A stretch of 64,000 bases of DNA from Sphagnum compactum (Eukaryota). The notes beneath the pieces were generated by a model. The model was not told the DNA's origin and searched no databases. It worked only from the letters and a program-made list of their open reading frames with translations. The DNA is taken from positions 17,598,213-17,662,212 of the forward strand of contig OZ234493.1 of the NCBI GenBank assembly GCA_965153455.1. Reading direction: 5' to 3'. The position numbers were made by a program, and so were the translations under genes. This document shows positions 13,598 through 41,867 of this stretch, piece by piece; positions within the stretch are counted from its first letter, which is position 1; every line of letters starts with the position of its first letter.

Positions 13598-16002
13598 CCA
13601 TCTCCAAACTCAAACCTTATACTATCATACATACCCAACCAAAAAAACAACACCATAATTTATCTACAGCTTTAGCCTCCTCAATACCCTGAAGAGCTCC
13701 CCCTCCACAAGTCCTCATAATGCGCAAATGACAACCTCGCCACGCTTGAATTCCTCATTAAGACATTAAAACAATCCATCCTCCCAATCCATACAACCAC
13801 AAACGCTTGAACTTATCCAAGACATTACTTTCACCATAACTAAAATCTATCGCATACAATTGCCCCACCTCTTCTTTCAATGATGAAAAACAAAAAGGTG
13901 GTAAACTTTACCGACACCACTGATAAAAACACCCCACACTAATGAGCAATACACCTAAGCCCTAAATCCACATCATGCTAGTTTTTCTATAAACAACATT
14001 AGAATCAAATAACCATCAGTCTTGGTTATTTCAAACATTTAAGGAACTCTTAGTTTTCATGAGACAACCAAAAATGAATTAGAGATTTTATGGTAGGTTT
14101 TTTGAGTTTTTTTCAAAACAATTGAGAATCATGGTTGTATACCAAAACCAAGTCTTTGAATTTTTTTAATAATTATGGTTGTGAATTTTAAGAACCGCCT
14201 TATAATTGCCAAGGGTCTATTGTTGAAATACACTAGTGTTTTGGGGGTATTTGAATGTATAAAGAATTGTGAGTTCCTTTTCTAAATTATTTTAGAATAA
14301 AAGAATTGTTGATTTCAAGTTTAATATTAACAAAATAATTAAGTATCTAACTAGTAGTAGCATAAAATATTTAAACTATTAAATAAAAAATAATTTGTTG
14401 GATAATAATAAATTTTAGTTATACATTTCATTTCATTTAATTATAAATTATAAATGATGATTAATTAGTAATTATATATCAGTAATAAGTTATATATATT
14501 AATTAATTAATATTTTAAATATTACTAATTATTGTTATGAACTAATTAATCAACTTGTAACAAGTAGTAATTATTATTTATATTGAATATGGTAGGTAGT
14601 TCTACGACTTAACTATTTAATTGTTTACTTATCAATTTACCTAACTTATGTAACCACAATATATGCAAAATGTATATTTCATATGCCTTAAATATAATAT
14701 AATTAAATTCATGAACATAAAAATATTCCATATAATATAATTCAAAACATTTTAATATACACCAAATGTATAGGTACATCACATAGAAGTAACCAAGTTG
14801 CGACTGCTTTTGCAATTAACTGGATAAAGGTTTTTTTTTGGATGAAAAACTCAACATGCAAGGATGTGAAACCAAATAGTTGCAAATTAGTTACACCATA
14901 GTCGCAAGAAATGTAATAGATTGAAATGGATGGTTACTAGTTGTAAAATGACAAAATATAGTTGCAAATGACATTTAATCGCATAACATAATCATAAATT
15001 GAATGATTGCATATTATAAGATTATTTTTAGTGGAATAAGTTAGCTATCAATGTAGCCAAGTTTTTTTTTTCATCTTTCATTTCCTAAAATGTTTGTTAG
15101 ATTATAATTGTTGGATGGTACTTGCAACAAGAAAGTAATTACAATTGCATAAAAAAGGTAGCTACAATATGAAAGTGGTAAGTTGGTGATGTATTTTCTG
15201 TGACAAAGGTACTATCTAAGGATTGGAAGGTAACTATCTTCTAGCCCTCCATTTCCAATTATGCTTTTATAAAAAGATGCATTTCCAAATGTTATTATTA
15301 TTATTTCTATTTAATTTCTATTTGGCAACCTTTTTTTCATGATAATAGTTCAACTACCAATTTCATAGTTTTACATGCATTATGGATACAATTGGAAAAT
15401 CTTGAATGCAAAATATGTATTTACCAAGATGATTTTGTGACTTTCAGATTATGACAAGGATTTATTGAAGTTTGAATAATAATTGTCATGGGAAATTCAA
15501 TAAAAAAACAAAAATAAAATTTTGAGGGGAATTGAATTTTGAACAAACATGTATAAAATTTTCAAATATATGTCACAATATGTGTTCAATGGTTCATGCC
15601 ACATTAATTACAACCAAATGAATGTTAGGTTAACATGACATCATTTAATGTAATGACCTTTGGTTGTTAATTCAAAAAAAAAATTTAAATTCATGAAGTT
15701 GTTGATGTTTTTGTGGAAGGTGTGGGTTAATTTTTCTATAAACAACAAAGGTGGGGTGTTGTATGGATGTGAGGAATTGTAAAACCATTGCTTAAGGAAT
15801 GTGTGTTCCTAATTCAACAAACTATAAAATGGTTGTAGAATTATTGCATGCGAAATGATGGTGAAATGAAATTATTTATACAATTCATCATGGAAGATTA
15901 TTTTATTCAAAAAATTAAGATCCCAAACAAATGGTCATTGGGATAATCAAATGTGTTTTAATGTTATTTTAATGCCATTTGTTAGATATTTATTTTAGGA
16001 TA

Positions 16003-17328
16003 CACTACCAGAATCCTTAGTTTTTCAAACAATCCAAGTTGACTAATTAAATTTTTTTTACTAGTGAACATGTACATTTTGATTAGAGGCTAGGGGCTTG
16101 GATGACATGTGTATTTTTTGAATAGTCAATTTGGTTGAAATGACCTATTTGACTATTTGTTAACTTGGACATTTTATCAAATTGGACAAAAACTTGACCA
16201 CCTTGATTAAAATGGCCAATGACGTTTAGCCAATTGGAACATTTAGTCAAGTTGGACATAAACAAATGACAACTCTAGTTAAGATTGCCAATGTTATTCC
16301 AGTCAAATGGGGCATCCTACCTACCTATCTACCATATTCTACAACCTTCCTACCTACCTACCTACCTATCAACCTATTGACCTACCTACTCAACTGCCTA
16401 CCAACCTATTTATCTACTTACTTTCTTACTTATTTTCATATTTACCTACCTACTACAACCTACATACCTACCCACCCATTCACTTACTTACCTACCTACT
16501 ACAAATTATTCACCCACCCACCCACCTATTTACCTACCTATTATAATCTACTCACCTAGCCACCCACCCGCCCACTTACCTATCGGCTTACCGACTTGCC
16601 CACCCACTCACCTATTAATTATTGCCTGCCTACTTACTTAGTTACCCACCCACCTACCTCCCCACCTACTTATTTACTTACCAGCCACCCGTTTATCGGC
16701 TTACCCACCAATTCGCCCACCTATTAACGACCTACTTACCTAGCTACCCACCCACCTACTCACTACCTACTTATTTACCCACTCACCAACCCACCCACCT
16801 ACCTCCCACAACATACCTACCTACGTACCTTGTAATCTTGTAATGATGCATCATAATAAACATGTGAAATAAAAAACTTGACAAAAGTTGAACACTTTTT
16901 GATGGTGTGGTCAATTCATTAAGAATTTGGTTTATCATTGGGGAGGTCAAGGGTTCAATTCCTAATATTTGTAATCTATGAATATGCTTAGGGGGTTAAG
17001 GTAGGTTGGTTAAGCTAGGCTAGGCTACCACCTATTTACTTACATTTTTATAACCTACCTGCCTCCATGCTTGCCTACAAATTATTATTTTTATAATAAT
17101 ATTAAAATACATTATTTAAATCATTTGAATAGTCAAATGGTGCAATATTCATTAGTCAAAATGACTAGTCAAATGGTCCTGATTCTGCTAGTCAAAATGA
17201 CCACCCCAATCACATTAAATATGTTAAAATCCACTTGTCCAAAATGATTGGGGGTTTTTTTGCCCCCCCCCCAATCTGGTTTTTTTGACCAAAATTCTGA
17301 ATTTGAAAAACCAAGAATTCTAGTAATG
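16003..17328. mobile_element. Non-autonomous CACTA (En/Spm)-type element with an internal (CTAC/CCAC)n degenerate microsatellite
   Basis: Left TIR cactaccagaatccttagtttttcaaa versus reverse complement of right end cattactagaattcttggtttttcaaa; 3-bp flanks ata/aca; subterminal tagtcaa/ttgac repeats; tacc-rich tract 16315-16830. Confidence 0.75.
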
Positions 17329-17782
17329 ACAATTAATGTTTATAATTTGCCAGTGTAGTTGGAACCCTACACAATGTGAAAAAGGTTCCAATTTTTGTGT
17401 GTTGGAGGGTTTATCCCCACATTGTGGTTTTCAAATATTATTTTTTGTGTTTTGAAATTTTAGAACACATACGAAAAACATGTTTTGATGTTGCTTTGAA
17501 CTTGGATTCGTGTAATGTCCATATTTGTGTGCATGTTTTCCTGTTTGTGGCTTTATTAATTTCAATAATGTTATGTGTCAATTTAGTAATTCATGACAAA
17601 TTTAACACATGGTTAACGTCATAGTTTTAAATAATTTGTTATAATTTTAATGATGCATATATACACACATTTGATATGTTTAAAATTATTTTACAACACA
17701 TCAAGTGCACACAATAATAGTTTTTAAAACTCAAATTTGAAAGCATGGAATGTTCATCATAAAAATGATCTAAATTCATTTT

Positions 17783-17936
17783 CATTACTACAAAATGTGG
17801 GTGCAGTTCACTAGTCTCCATTCACTAGACTAGTGAATTCACCACTTCTTCACTGGTCCCCGTTCACTACAACTAGTGAATTCACTCAAAATCCAGTGAA
17901 ATCACTTGGCGTACAGGGACAACTTTTGTTGTAGTG
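17783..17936. mobile_element. Small CACTA-type MITE (154 bp)
   Basis: Ends cattactacaaaa / ttttgttgtagtg; ttt on both flanks; internal palindromic ttcactag/ctagtgaa repeats. Confidence 0.6.
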
Positions 17937-19479
17937 TTTCAAAGCATGTTTATGAATCCCTAACAATGGCCTTAGTTTAGTTTTAAAACATAATGAATTT
18001 GATTTATAGCATGAATGGTGACAATCAAGGCTTATGAAAAGTGTAAAGACAACCTTTGGATGACACTCAAAAACATTTTTAATGCATTTTCAAAACATAG
18101 GCAACAAGTGACCCAAGGTTAATCAATTAGTAACAAATTTTGTAATGTTTTCTTTTGTTGGATATATTGTGATTCTACACAAAACCCATTGAAAGTTTAA
18201 ATGGGTATGTTTTTTCATAGCTTTTTCATCAATATCTTATAATTTTACATTAAAATAATTTGATGATATATATGTCAAATAATGAAAATTTTAAACAATA
18301 AAAATGTATTGTCTATCCATTACAAAAAAAAATTATGATCATACATAAGCATATCACATTTTATAATAAACTTTGAATTGTACATTTACCAAAATTTTCA
18401 ATATATTTAAAGAGTACACAATTCACAATTCATTATATGGATTATCTAAATTCATAGATGGGGCTTAATTTATTTTTTCAATAACCTATTCAACTTGGGT
18501 TCCATCATGGTTGTAGGTTTAAATAAGATTAAATAAGTTGTAGCATTTGTCCTTTGGTGATAAAAATGAAACTACTATGTGTACATTATTACTTTTTTCA
18601 AGATTTTTAAAATATTGGAAAATTTTAAAATTAAAGGATCTATCTACATTTACATGATGTTTTACTAACATTTATAAACATAGTTTGAATTTAATTTTTC
18701 TTTTGATGTCTAGGGATGTGTTTATTATTTGAATGATCTTGAATTGTTGTTTTTTGTAAATGGATAGTTAACCAAATCATGAAGATTTCATTTTAAAAGA
18801 ATGTAGGGGAATTCCAATTTCACATGTTCATAAAGATTACCCATCATGAAATTCAAATTTGTATGTGGCATTTTGTTGGCAATATGGTCACCAACAAAAA
18901 GGTGGTGCTTCTACTTCTTGTGCTAAATATGGGAACCTTCCCTGTTCATTCATGTTTTGCTTCAACTAGTTGCCATCAATTTTTTTGCCATAGACATGCA
19001 AGAAGGATTCATGAAGTAGCTACAATCCAACATGCTATGTTGGAATGTTAGGTTCTATAATTAACTTGAACAAGTTTTGTGCATCTTAAAAAAGGCACAA
19101 GAGGTGGATGCTTCATTTGACATAGTAACTTTCCATGTTGAAACACTTGTTACCACCATTTTACATCATGCAAATTTTAATAGCCACAAAATCTCAAAGC
19201 TTAAAATTTTGTATAATCACATGTAAACACACTATGCAAGTTTTTCAATGAGAAGTTATTAACATTCATTAATTCTCATAGCTAGATCTAGAGATAAACA
19301 TACTTTGTGTAGCCAATTGGATACACACATCCAATTTTTTAAAAACCACATGGGCATGCCATCTACAATACTTATAAAACTTTTTTGAAAAAAAATTAAA
19401 AAAATTGCATGCAACCCAATGCACACATTACAACTTTTAAAGTTATTAATTGGTGTAAGAAAATTGAAACTTAAAATGA

Positions 19480-19884
19480 CTAGTGTGACTTGTGTTGTTA
19501 ATGGCCCAAGTTTGAATTTGTTATCCAACTAATTTTTCTTTCCAAACAATTCTTAAAATTCAATGTATTTTGCACCACACATCTAAAAATTATGAAATCA
19601 TTAAAAAAAATTCCCAACCTTCACTGAGGGCTTTCCAATAATACAAAGAGGATGGCCTAATTTTCCTAAAAATTTTAGTTTTATTTTGCTAAATTTTATT
19701 TGACAAAATCATTCAATATATTCAATAAGTCTTGTACCACATGTCTAAATGTTAGAAAACCAACTTGATGCACTTTAAGTTCATCAAGGGCATTCCAATG
19801 ATACCAAGTGCATAATGGGGGGCACCATGGGTTGGAAGATTTCAACATGACAAACAAAACAAACAAATTACCGTCCTTAATAGA
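19480..19884 (-). mobile_element. Non-autonomous Helitron-like element
   Basis: Minus strand begins TCTATTAAGG followed by (TTTG)n and ends ...CACAAGTCACACTAG|T; internal imperfect direct repeat gggc.ttccaat.atac at ~19627 and ~19788. Confidence 0.5.
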
Positions 19885-20689
19885 CAAAATATTCTTTCAA
19901 TGTCCCAAAGAAAAAAAGAGTATTAGTGATAATATATTTCCTTGTTTTATATTTTTACCTCGTTAAACAATTCCCATATTTCAAGGTCATGGGCAAAGGG
20001 CCCCCATCTACTTGATAGCCTTGTGTAAGATTATGTGTGACTTGCATGTATATATGTATGTGGCAAAAAAAAAAAAGTATTAGTACGCCAATTCCAAATA
20101 ATAACTTGAATTAAAATTTCAAAACTTAAATACTAAGAAAATGATTTATCAGAAATGGTGAAAAATGTTAAAAACTATGAAATGTTAGAAATGCAAGTGA
20201 ATTGATTAAAAGACGCTTGTGAATGTCAAATTTGAGTTTCAACTCATCCCTTTTGTTTGAGTGCATGGAGCTAAAGAACATGTTGAAATCTTTCAAATTG
20301 CAATGTATCATATTAAAAAGTTTATCTTATACCTTTTGTAAAGCCTTTGAGAATGTGTTAACCAAAGCAAATGTTCAATACATAAAATGTGATACAAGAT
20401 AATAAATAAAATCCCTCTCTCTAAATTTCTAAAAAATCTACTCAACTTGTAGAGGACTAGAAATCATCAACAATTGCGAATGTGGTTGCTTGATATGCAT
20501 TCAACCACTTGAGGAAGCTACTTGGTTATTGGAAGTCCAATATACCATACTACGTCCAATATACCAAACTATGACACCCACTAATGTGAAGGTTAAATCC
20601 ACAAAGGGAAGGAGTTGCTATTTGAGATGCACAATCAAATTTGGGGGTGTGGATCAATGTTGCAACTTGCAACCCATGTGCGACTTTTT

Positions 20690-20900
20690 TACTATGCACC
20701 CCGTTGTGCACAAATTTGTGCATACCAAATAATCAACCTCTTCATCCATAATCTTGTGCACGTGTTGTGCATCCCAAATAGTCAACCCCTTATCGACAAT
20801 CTTGTGCGCATAAAGTGCATCCCAATAGTCAACCCCTTTATATACATAATCATGCGCACATATCATTCATCCAAATATTCAACCCTTTTATCCGAAATCA
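20690..20900. repeat. Degenerate tandem repeat, ~48-bp unit, about 4 copies
   Basis: Recurring tcaacccctt..ataatcttgtgc..gtgcatcccaata units. Confidence 0.7.
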
Positions 20901-21032
20901 TTAATCAAGAACCAAATCTTATCATAAGTCCAAAGTCTAAACGTCATAATATTATGAGGTGATAGGAGTAGGATGAATTTTATGCCTACTACTTTGGAGT
21001 AGGGGAGAGCTTACAGGGTACATCATCTATAG

Positions 21033-21408
21033 GAGCATGACCACCGGTGCTCAGTATGTGACCCTGCAAAATATTCCTCATATCCAAGTTTAGTTATTTA
21101 CTTTTTTGCAACTCCGCTCATAAGACCGAAGGAGGGACTGTTCAAATAGGTGGGAACTACTAATAGCAAACCACCTCGACCAATCATTATGATTCGTTGA
21201 TAAAAAACAGGGAGCAGCAGTCATATAAGATTTATCACACTCTTCTCTAGCTGTGCTCAGCTTTGCTGCGCTTTTTACGAGCGTCCACAAACTGAGCAAA
21301 ACGTGCAGGAGAAAAATCCAATTTCCTGAGCCAAACCGGCATAGGTTGACTTTGTTTTCCTCGATTTTAATGTGCAGGGTCACATACTGAGCACAGGTGG
21401 GGATGTTC
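21033..21408. mobile_element. MITE with long TIRs (PIF/Harbinger/Tourist-like)
   Basis: ccaccggtgctcagtatgtgaccctgca (21041-21068) is the near-perfect reverse complement of tgcagggtcacatactgagcacaggtgg (21373-21400); outer ends gagcat/atgttc. No clean TSD seen. Confidence 0.75.
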
Positions 21409-21739
21409 TGAGATCTTCAAGTGGCCTCCAAATGTGCCCAGACCTTTTCAGAATGCCTTGTGATGGGATGTAATACGAGATACAAAGTCACCATGGAAGG
21501 CCCACCAAATCTATTTGACATCATGATCCACAAATGGGACACCATTGAAGACAAAAAAGTCCACTAGGTAACATGAGTGAAGGTGCCCATCTCTAGGACA
21601 AGGCTCAATAGGCTAGGCTATGGGTGGTGAAGCCTTTTTTCCTTTGTTAAATTGACAAGAGAAAAAAATGATCTAAATTTGTCTCATTAATCTACTAAAT
21701 AATTTTTTTCAGTTTATTTAATGAGAAAAAGGACAACCC

Positions 21740-22320
21740 TTAAGTTTTGCCAATTAAACTATGTTTGATTGAGTTGTCAATAATAATAAAGAAAAACCCA
21801 TTTAAATTTAAATCTGATTATTTGAATTAAGAAAGAGTAGGTTACCCTCAGTTTGCCAACTAAATGTGACTGAAATGGATGTTGTATAAATTAAAAATGC
21901 ATTAGAAACTTTAATTTGCAAAAGATTGTAAAATGCAATGAAGTGTTAACTAATGATAACATTCGAATACACTTAACTTGGCCACTACATCATTGATTCA
22001 AATGATTCTTTCATTAATAATTGAAAAAGACTATTATTAGTTTGTCAATTTTGAAATTTCTTAAGTAACTTCAAACTACAAATTTATTGAAATTTAAAAA
22101 AAAAAGAAGTTGGCAAGAAAAAAATGACAATTTTTGTACTAAAACTAAATATATAGCATTTAGTTTGCCAACTAAAACACAATGAAATTACTTCTTAATA
22201 AATTAAAAAAGCACTCAAAATTTGCCAACTAAATTATGTTTAATTAATTCAGAATTAGTTAATTTGCCAACTAAAAGCATAATGAAATCAAATCTTTAAT
22301 AAAAGTTTTGCCAACTATTT
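21740..22320. repeat. Dispersed TTTGCCAACTAAA motif repeats in AT-rich DNA upstream of UBP12
   Basis: Copies at ~21747, 21852, 22164, 22221, 22263 and 22307, plus an inverted partial copy at ~22108. Confidence 0.6.
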
Positions 22321-22381
22321 AATTAGGGCTCTCAACCTAAATAGGAGGCTATAATATTGGACTCAAAATGAAATGCAATGA

Positions 22382-22410
22382 ATATATATATATATATATA
22401 TGTATATATA
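22382..22410. repeat. (TA)n microsatellite
   Basis: Directly visible. Confidence 0.9.
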
Positions 22411-22697
22411 AGTCTATTTTGTTAAGTCTTTACACAGAAAGTATACCAAATTGTCCTGGGAAAAAAACATTTCTTCGGAGGAAAAGAAAAAAGAAAATAG
22501 GATGAGGCACTACTAGCTAGGGTTAGGAAATATTGCCTTCCTTTCTTTCTCTCTTACCTTTTTCCTTCTCTCTGTCTCTTTCTCTCTCTCTTCCTTCTGT
22601 CTCTTTTGCGTTTTGCTTCCTTCCTTTCTCTTCAATCTCCGGCGCTCAGATTCGCGAACTTCTTCTTGTGTGCAATCTCCACCACCAGGGCGCAACA

Positions 22698-38667
<15,970 letters not shown>

Positions 38668-40198
38668 AGGAAGAAAATGGGATGCCACCACATGTTTGGG
38701 CCACAAAAGACTGAATGGGAATTGATATCACCTGTTATTACCAGGATTCATGCAGAAGGTGGGCTTGGTATATATATGAACAGGGAAGAAGATGCAGAGA
38801 CGAAGAAGAAGTGGGGGTTATTTGGGGTGTGTTTGTGTGGGGTGGTGGCTGCAGCTTGAATCGATTAATGGATGGGTGGGAGATTTCTGCAGGGACTGTC
38901 TTTTTGGTCATTGAATCATTGTTTCTATTTAGCCAAATTTTAAGTTGCTTGGGGTTGCTTCCCATGGCTTATGGCTTATGGGTGTCAGTCACATCGCTTT
39001 GCCTAGTGGGCCTAGATGCTGAATTGTTAGAGAGTCGCACCTCATTGTTGTTTTTTCATTCTTTTCATCGCGTTTTACAATTCCTGGACTCTCTCTGGTT
39101 GTGCACTCACAGAACTAGAAATTGAAACCTCACAGAACTAGAAATCACTCCCCACCAAAAAGACCATTCTTCTGTTTCATGAAGAAGATGTGTTACCTTA
39201 TGGTTCTCCTCCTCATCCTCTGGTAGTGTTTTGTCTTGATTTATGACATGATTTTCTAGATTATTTCCTGGTGTGTACACCAATTCTTACTACAGAGTCT
39301 GTTTAAAATTTCTGCTTGATCCAGCCACTAACCCTTTTGTTGCTTTTATCTTAGGCTCTTCTTTGCTCATTCCCCTCTTTTTTGAGGGATATGTTTTTAA
39401 AAATAAAAAATCCAGACTCTTTGTGCAAAAGGTTGATAAAAGTTGGCTGTTCTGAAATTCTACGATGACTGGAGTACACCTTCGAAGTTAATGATTATGG
39501 GAATATCTCTGTTTGTGGCAAGTTGTGCTATCTCCTGTTCTTAAGAGAATTCATGCCCACAAGGCACTAGCCTCATGACATATCCATGATCTCACACACA
39601 TTCAAGTTCAAGTAGTAGTGAATATATATACAAGGACAAATTGCAGTGCTGATGTAATGAGAAAGTAACAAATCTTTTCTTGGAGAAAGGTAAGGAGAAA
39701 TATTAGAAGATTTAAGAACTCTAGTTGGGCCTCTTTGTGTGGACAAAAAGATGTTAAATAAAATCTTCAAGTGTGCTGAGAAGGTGCGGATGAAAGAAAT
39801 TAGTTCTTCTGCATGTATACATGCCTACATGCCTTCCAAGTTTGTAAGGAGAAAAGTTAGGACGAAAACAAATTTTCAAATGAACTATAGTTGGGCCTCT
39901 TCTGTTGACAAAAACATAGTGAATAGAACCTGAGAAAGTTATGCATTTGAAATCCAAAAACCTTCAAGTCTGCTGAGAAAATTATGGACTTAAAAATTTA
40001 ACAACCTGTGCATCTTGGGTTGAAGGAAAGAAAGAGAGACAGAAATCATCAGGAGTTTCATTTAACGCTTTTACCTCTCGTCTTTGGTCATCTTCGCATG
40101 TGTTTCACACTGCAATAAGTCGCATCATAGTGTCTGGCTAAGGAACATTCTCACTTGGAACGATATAAATAACGGAAAAATTCGACCGCAGTCATCTG

Positions 40199-40280
40199 GT
40201 GCTCGTGCCGGAGTGGTTATCGGGCATGACTAGAAATCATGTGGGCTTTGCCCGCGCAGGTTCGAATCCTGCCGAGCACG
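40199..40280 (+). tRNA. tRNA-Ser (anticodon AGA), 82 nt, long variable arm
   Basis: Acceptor stem GTGCTCG/CGAGCAC+G; D loop GGAGTGGTT; anticodon arm catga-CTAGAAA-tcatg; variable arm gggc-ttt-gccc; GGTTCGAATCC; TATA-like tataaat at ~-35; T5 terminator at ~40306-40310. Confidence 0.97.
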
Positions 40281-40586
40281 GGGGGGGTTTGCCTCAACAA
40301 CTTGCTTTTTATCATTTCTGTCAATATTATTATTGCTGTGTTTCGAAAACCAAGAGGACTAAAGTCTGCAGAAGAAAAATACACCAACTTCCAGCAGGTT
40401 TTTTCTTCCTTCTAAAATCTGTGTTTCAGAGTGCAGACAAAGAAGAGGAATCCCTGCCAAAAGATTCTCCAACTTATCATCCCTCTCTCTCTCTTTCTTT
40501 CTCTCTCTCCTACAATCACAAGTGAATTTGGGCTTTCTGGCCCGGGCGCTGTTTGGCCCACTTAATGACGCTAAATTGTAAGTATG

Positions 40587-40980
40587 TAAGAATTGGAATC
40601 AGCTCCATAGCAAAGCTTTTGTGATCAGTAAAGCCTGTGTACCATCTCTTGTACAGAAGCCATAAGAGAATTGAAATCAGCTGCATGTAGCAAAAGCTTT
40701 TTTATCAGTAAGCTTCTCTACTATCTCTCTTACAATCATAAGGGAATTGGAATCAGCTGTATAGCAAAAGCTTTTTGGTCAGTAAACTTCTCTACCATCT
40801 CTCTTACACAGTCATAAGAGAGTGAAATCAACTGCATGATAAAAGCTTTTGATCAGTACAGCTTCTCTATCACCTCCCCAGTTGCCCTTACAATCATACG
40901 AGAATGGAATTAGCTGCAGAGCAAAAGCTTTTGATTGGTAAGCTTCCCTACCATTTCCCTTGCAATCATAAGAGAAAGCT
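40587..40980. repeat. Minisatellite, ~75-bp unit, 5 copies
   Basis: Units read gaattggaatcagctg..agcaaaagctttt..atcagtaagcttctctaccatctctcttacaatcataag; each has an (A)AAAGCTTT(T) palindrome. Confidence 0.85.
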
Positions 40981-41659
40981 GTCCTGTCTCCAGAAGTTTT
41001 TTGGGGTTGTTTGCTGTTCCTGAGATTATTTTTTATTTTTTGTTTCCTTTTGCTCTTCTACATGGAGTTGAAACTTACTCGATGTCTTATGCATCACATT
41101 TACAGGAAAGTGCATGTTCTAGCTCTTGAATTTTGGGGAGGGGGAGAAAGGGAGTCCACAGAGAAGAGATCAGGCAGAAGTGATGATACCTACAAAGGAT
41201 GTATGAAGTTCTTCTTTAAACTTCCTCCTTCGTTCAAGGAATTCCACAGTTCAATAGTTGCTGCAGGATGCGCCAGTTACTAATGAGAAGCATGGACTTC
41301 TTTTGGGGATAGATTTGTGGAGCAATACTTATAGAAAGATGCTAGCCATAAGATTATTCTCATCCCTGCTGATTCAAACAAATGAAAGACTCATGTGGAA
41401 TCAAAGTCATAGCAGGTTCCAACAGAAAACAATACAGGATTGGGTATAATTGGTTTTGAGGCTACATATAGAAAGGCATTACAGAAACACTTCTTGCTGT
41501 TCTGTAAGTGAACCTTCCAGAATTTAAAGTTCAGCTGGTTAATGCAGGGAAGGAAATATCACCACAATTCCAAGTAGGCAATGCCCTTACTTTGCTGTCA
41601 ACTGTGAACCAAAGCTCAATTGAATCCGACATCAGACAAACCTCAATTCAACAGACTGT

Positions 41660-41660
<1 letters not shown>

Positions 41661-41702
<42 letters not shown>
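41661..41702. repeat. (CT)n microsatellite
   Basis: Directly visible, about 21 units. Confidence 0.95.
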
Positions 41703-41705
<3 letters not shown>

Positions 41706-41867
41706 GTAAAATCAGTATGTGGTTTCCAAAGAACAATCCAAGTTTTGAAGTTTCTATATTTCTCAGCACATTCATCATCCTCTTATAAAGTTCAGGTTTG
41801 AATCATGTCAAACCTGTAATTCTATGGGAAGAAAAGAAAAACTGCCTATTTATATGAGGAATCTGAT

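Noticed and set aside
14310-16000. AT-rich region as a specific transposase remnant
   Set aside because: Probably decayed TE DNA, but no diagnostic motif or terminus could be recognised.
16266-16843. PTYLPT-rich ORFs
   Set aside because: Same microsatellite artefact, inside a CACTA-type element.
40587-40980. Repeat array as a CRISPR array or tandem hammerhead ribozymes
   Set aside because: Eukaryotic context with no unique spacers, as whole units are homologous. The minus-strand CTGA(T/C)(A/C)A is not followed by stem-GAAA, so there is no hammerhead core.
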